In this document: positions 60,933 through 64,000 of the stretch, in pieces | Position numbering within the stretch: the stretch's first letter is position 1 | How the letters are laid out: each line of letters starts with the position of its first letter | NCBI GenBank assembly: GCA_050298595.1 | Contig: JBNKUM010000100.1 | Coordinates: 96,001 to 160,000 of the forward strand | Reading direction: 5' to 3' | Length of the DNA: 64,000 nt | Source: Gammaproteobacteria bacterium | GTDB lineage: Bacteria > Pseudomonadota > Gammaproteobacteria > GCA-001735895 | Notes under the pieces: model-generated | What the model saw: only the letters and a program-made list of their open reading frames with translations | What the model was told of the DNA's origin: nothing | Database searches by the model: none | Program-made: the position numbers and the translations under genes

Positions 60933-62515
60933 TCAGAATTCGAATCGCACGCCAGCCACTACACTGTTATTACTCAAGTTGTCTCTATCCAACATAGCTT
61001 CATAGTAAAAAAATGCTGTTCTACCTTGAGTAAAAACAGCTGAAACACCAAAGCCTAGATTGAAGAAATTTCGGTCCGGATCGTCAGTGCCGATTGAGAA
61101 TCGTCCAGAAGCCGGGTCATTCAGAAAGCGGGCCGTGATATTGTGACTGTCATGTTCGAATTCGTGTGCCCACTCTAAACGGGCTTGGGGCATAAACACG
61201 CCATATTTTGTACTGACCGCATAAGAGGCTTGAACGCCGATCAATGTTGTCAGAGATTCAATGTTCTGTTTGTCATAACCCAGTTCTACACCGGAATTAG
61301 AATTTTCCTGAAAAGCATCAATCTCGGCCTTGATATAATTAATACGAGCAAAAGGCCCTAAGTTCAAAGCGCCTCGATTAATTTCATAGGCGCCGCCAAT
61401 GCTTAGAGCATACTCTGTACCATCGGTGTCACCTTGTGTAGAGACATCGGTAGTGCCGAATTTAATATGTCGCGTCATATCGAAGTTGTTTGTGCCATAG
61501 CTCAGGATGCCATCGATATACAAATTCTCTGATTGATACCAGGAACCATAGGCTGAGAGAGAATAGCCTTTGATATCCTGGTCGCCACGAGTATTCTCGA
61601 AGTCCATTCCGGTTGAGACATAACCGAGGGCTCCACCGAATACCAGTTCTTCCGATAGTCGATACCTGTGGAGATGCCTGCTGTTGAGAAATCAAAACCG
61701 AGTTCGTCGTTAGTGCTATCTCTGTCGCCGAAGCTACCGCTACCGTTAATGAAAAATCCGAGTCTTCCCGTTGACTGAGACTCGTTCGCACTGGCACCGC
61801 CGCCTCGCATAGCGGAGCGCAGGGAAGCAAGGCCCTCTGTGAGCGATGGTTGACCGTCGAATTTCAGGCTCAGGCCACCGGTACTTGCACCAGTAACACC
61901 AGCGCGCAGTTGTTCGAGGCGAGAGGTGATGTTCATGAACTGGTTGTGCTGAAGTTCGATGAAGTAATTGCCCTGGCTGGACAGTTGGCTGGGAACAAGT
62001 TGCTGAATAGCGCTCGCTCGTTCAGCCTCTGACGTCATACATGCATCTAAAAGCGCGCCTTCAACGCTTTCGTTGTTACACAGGGTGTCAACCGCGGTTG
62101 CGACTCTTTGTTCATTGGCTGTCAATACGATGGGTACTGGATTTGGAGTCTGTGCAGCTACCACGGTAACGGTTACGACTGCGCTGCCGCCATATCCAGA
62201 ATCGTCGGTCGCCGTATAAGTAAATGTATCTGTACCGGTGAAGCTTTCGGAAGGTGGAGAATAAACCAGTCCATTCGAAGTTCCTGAAGTATTAATAGTA
62301 CCGCCATTTGCAGATATCTGGTCATAATCGGATATTTGAACTATCTCATTATTAAGGTTATCCGAAGTATCGTTATCTAAAACAGGTATTTCGACAGAGC
62401 TTTGACCCTGGTTCATTGTAGCTGAGTCTGGTTCTACAATAGCGTCCGCATAAACATAAGGTGTGATTGTTGCGACGGCAAGAAGAGCTGGAATAGATTT
62501 TTGATAGGTTTTCAC
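60933..62515 (-). pseudogene. Autotransporter with Ig/cadherin-like passenger domain, frameshifted in the beta-barrel
   Basis: Signal peptide; IPVLDND, YSPP..FTGTDTFTY, VVTVTV; barrel split near 61653 between ORFs 61502-62515 and 60933-61607; ends GVRFEF. Confidence 0.8.
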
Positions 62516-62732
62516 ATTAATTCCCTTTTATTAGGGGTTGCGTAAGAATTTTAAAGTATGTTCAGGAAAAAATTCTTTGTGGATCCCCGCATTATAAATT
62601 GATATGTGTCTTTATTTATATAAAAAACTATGGGCCCACAACGTGTCTGGAACACAAACAGCGCGTGCGGGGACCGCCAAACTGCGGCGGCCTCTTAATT
62701 GGATCATTATGCGCTATTAACTAGCAAGATGT

Positions 62733-63204
62733 ATGTTTGATATTCTAAGCAGAAGAAAGGGGTACAATTACCAATTTGGATTGCTGAACTCACAAAATGA
62801 AGGGAAAAGCTTTCGCATAGAAAAAAACTCGTGACTACATGTTTGATAGTAATCAACCTGTCCTATTGGGATTTGGTATCCACCGAAAAAACAATAAGCC
62901 CTTTAACTTAAAGTTGGTGCATATAATACCAGGGGAACCTGCTGGCATTGAGAATATGCCAGAAGAATGGGAGTTAACGCAGTCTAAAACTGGATACACT
63001 ATCTCATGGCTGGATGAAACGCTAACTGAAAGTAAATTAAAGTTGATCGGACTATCTCCCAATGATCCGCCTGGTGAATATGAATTAATGGTGTACATAG
63101 AAGGCGCATTATCTAAAACATTATTTATACAGTACGCGCATAGTTTGGTGTTTAAGGTCCGGATTAGGTCCAGGCCGTGTGAAAACTATTTTCTATTTTT
63201 TTAA
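62733..63204 (+). pseudogene. Hypothetical protein, probably frameshifted at an A7 tract
   Basis: ORF 62839-63204 joins an upstream ATG at 62733 if A7 (62821-62827) is read as A6; no recognisable motif. Confidence 0.35.
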
Positions 63205-63807
63205 GTGGAATATGTGGGCTTATATAGAATCAATTTCGTATGATTTGCGGTAATTGAGTTCTAAATAATTCTGAAAAGTTACCCCGTAGTGGGGAATATT
63301 TTTTGGTGTCATCAGTTTGAAGCGAGTTTTCGCACAGCCTGGGTCGTCAGTAGTCATTTAAGGTCGGCAAGTGAATGACTCCTTCCTGGAAGCGGTCATT
63401 CCGGGTTAATGAGTGATTGTCTCTGGTGTGTCAGGAGCGCTCATTGATAATTTTATCTATGAATGAGAATATAATGAAATATAAGTCAATATTTGTGCGT
63501 GTCACATAATCAAGCTGTTGAACTAAAAAGAAAATTGGTCAGGTTATTTCAATAAAAACAATCAAAGGTTTTGAAATATCAGTTTAAAAAAAACAGAAAA
63601 AGGCATGCGGGTCTAATCATTATCAGGCAAGCTTTGAACAAAACGGTTTTCGGTAATAAAAAAGCGTTGGTGTATCGGATACCGTTAAAGAGAAACGGCT
63701 TACGAAACGAAACCCTTGATTTTATTCGTGTAGAGCGGTAGTTTTAGTAAATCGTAAAAAAAACCAAATACCATCCGTTCCAAGGGTCTGGGAAACATGC
63801 CAATTAG

Positions 63808-63897
63808 CGGTTATAAGGGCCTTCAAAGGACTCGCGGCACTGTTGGTGCCGCTTCGGTGAGAGCTGTGGCGCTCGCCTTTGAGGCAAAACGTTAGGC
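63808..63897 (+). other. Degenerate integron attC-like site
   Basis: GCCTTCAAAGG / CCTTTGAGGC arms with one unpaired base, inner GCGGCAC/GTGCCGC hairpin, ends in GTTAGGC (GTTRRRY); left RYYYAAC box not intact. Confidence 0.5.
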
Positions 63898-63927
63898 AAT
63901 AAACAATAAACAATAAACAATAAACAA
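63897..63927. repeat. Heptanucleotide tandem repeat (CAATAAA) x4.4
   Basis: CAATAAACAATAAACAATAAACAATAAACAA read directly. Confidence 0.9.
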
Positions 63928-63938
63928 GGGGCTATCCA

Positions 63939-64000
63939 TTGAAGGGCTATTTAATTCTGGAATTTACAATCGTGAATCTTCCTGAGTTCATGGAATATGT
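63939..64000 (+). CDS. 5' end of a probable DUF1330-like small protein (runs off window)
   Basis: AAGGGG RBS, TTG start, MKGYLILEFTIVNLPEFMEY; only ~20 codons visible. Confidence 0.4.
   Translation, partial: MKGYLILEFTIVNLPEFMEY

Noticed and set aside
1-64000. rRNA or tRNA genes
   Set aside because: No cloverleaf/T-loop signature or rRNA conserved blocks noticed in intergenic regions.

Overview
Chromosomal window from a probably marine, facultatively lithotrophic gammaproteobacterium (taxon inferred from gene content only). Left to right: (1) a tightly coupled four-gene operon encoding a ZAS-type anti-sigma-like membrane protein, an exported caspase-family (C14) protease, an outer-membrane beta-barrel and an exported DUF4384-like protein, which is the best candidate for an undescribed system; (2) a complete ~21 kb [NiFe]-hydrogenase island with O2-tolerant group 1d hupSLC behind a sigma54/IHF promoter and, divergently, hupDFGHIJK-hypAB-hupR-hupT-hupUV-hypFCDE plus a Ni transporter; (3) an accessory stretch (IS4-like relic, MITE, hemerythrin, ABC exporter, sterol-desaturase-like gene, ArsR-rhodanese, HIT, M28 peptidase, globin, secreted BNR-4/ricin protein); (4) a glycerol locus with glpK, glpD, a Rhizobium-type GlpSTPQUV ABC importer and glpR, facing an anaerobic glpAB module led by an HdrD-like Fe-S protein; (5) a mosaic tail (FKBP with a duplicated N-domain, RNase T2, a saccharopine-dehydrogenase-like/FAD-oxidase pair between ~78 bp direct repeats, SDR/AraC, tyrosine-recombinase relic, glycosyltransferase, frameshifted autotransporter, degenerate attC-like sites). 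A MITE family with TNA target duplications occurs four times. No rRNA, tRNA or CRISPR array was seen. All calls are from reading motifs by eye; no database search was run.
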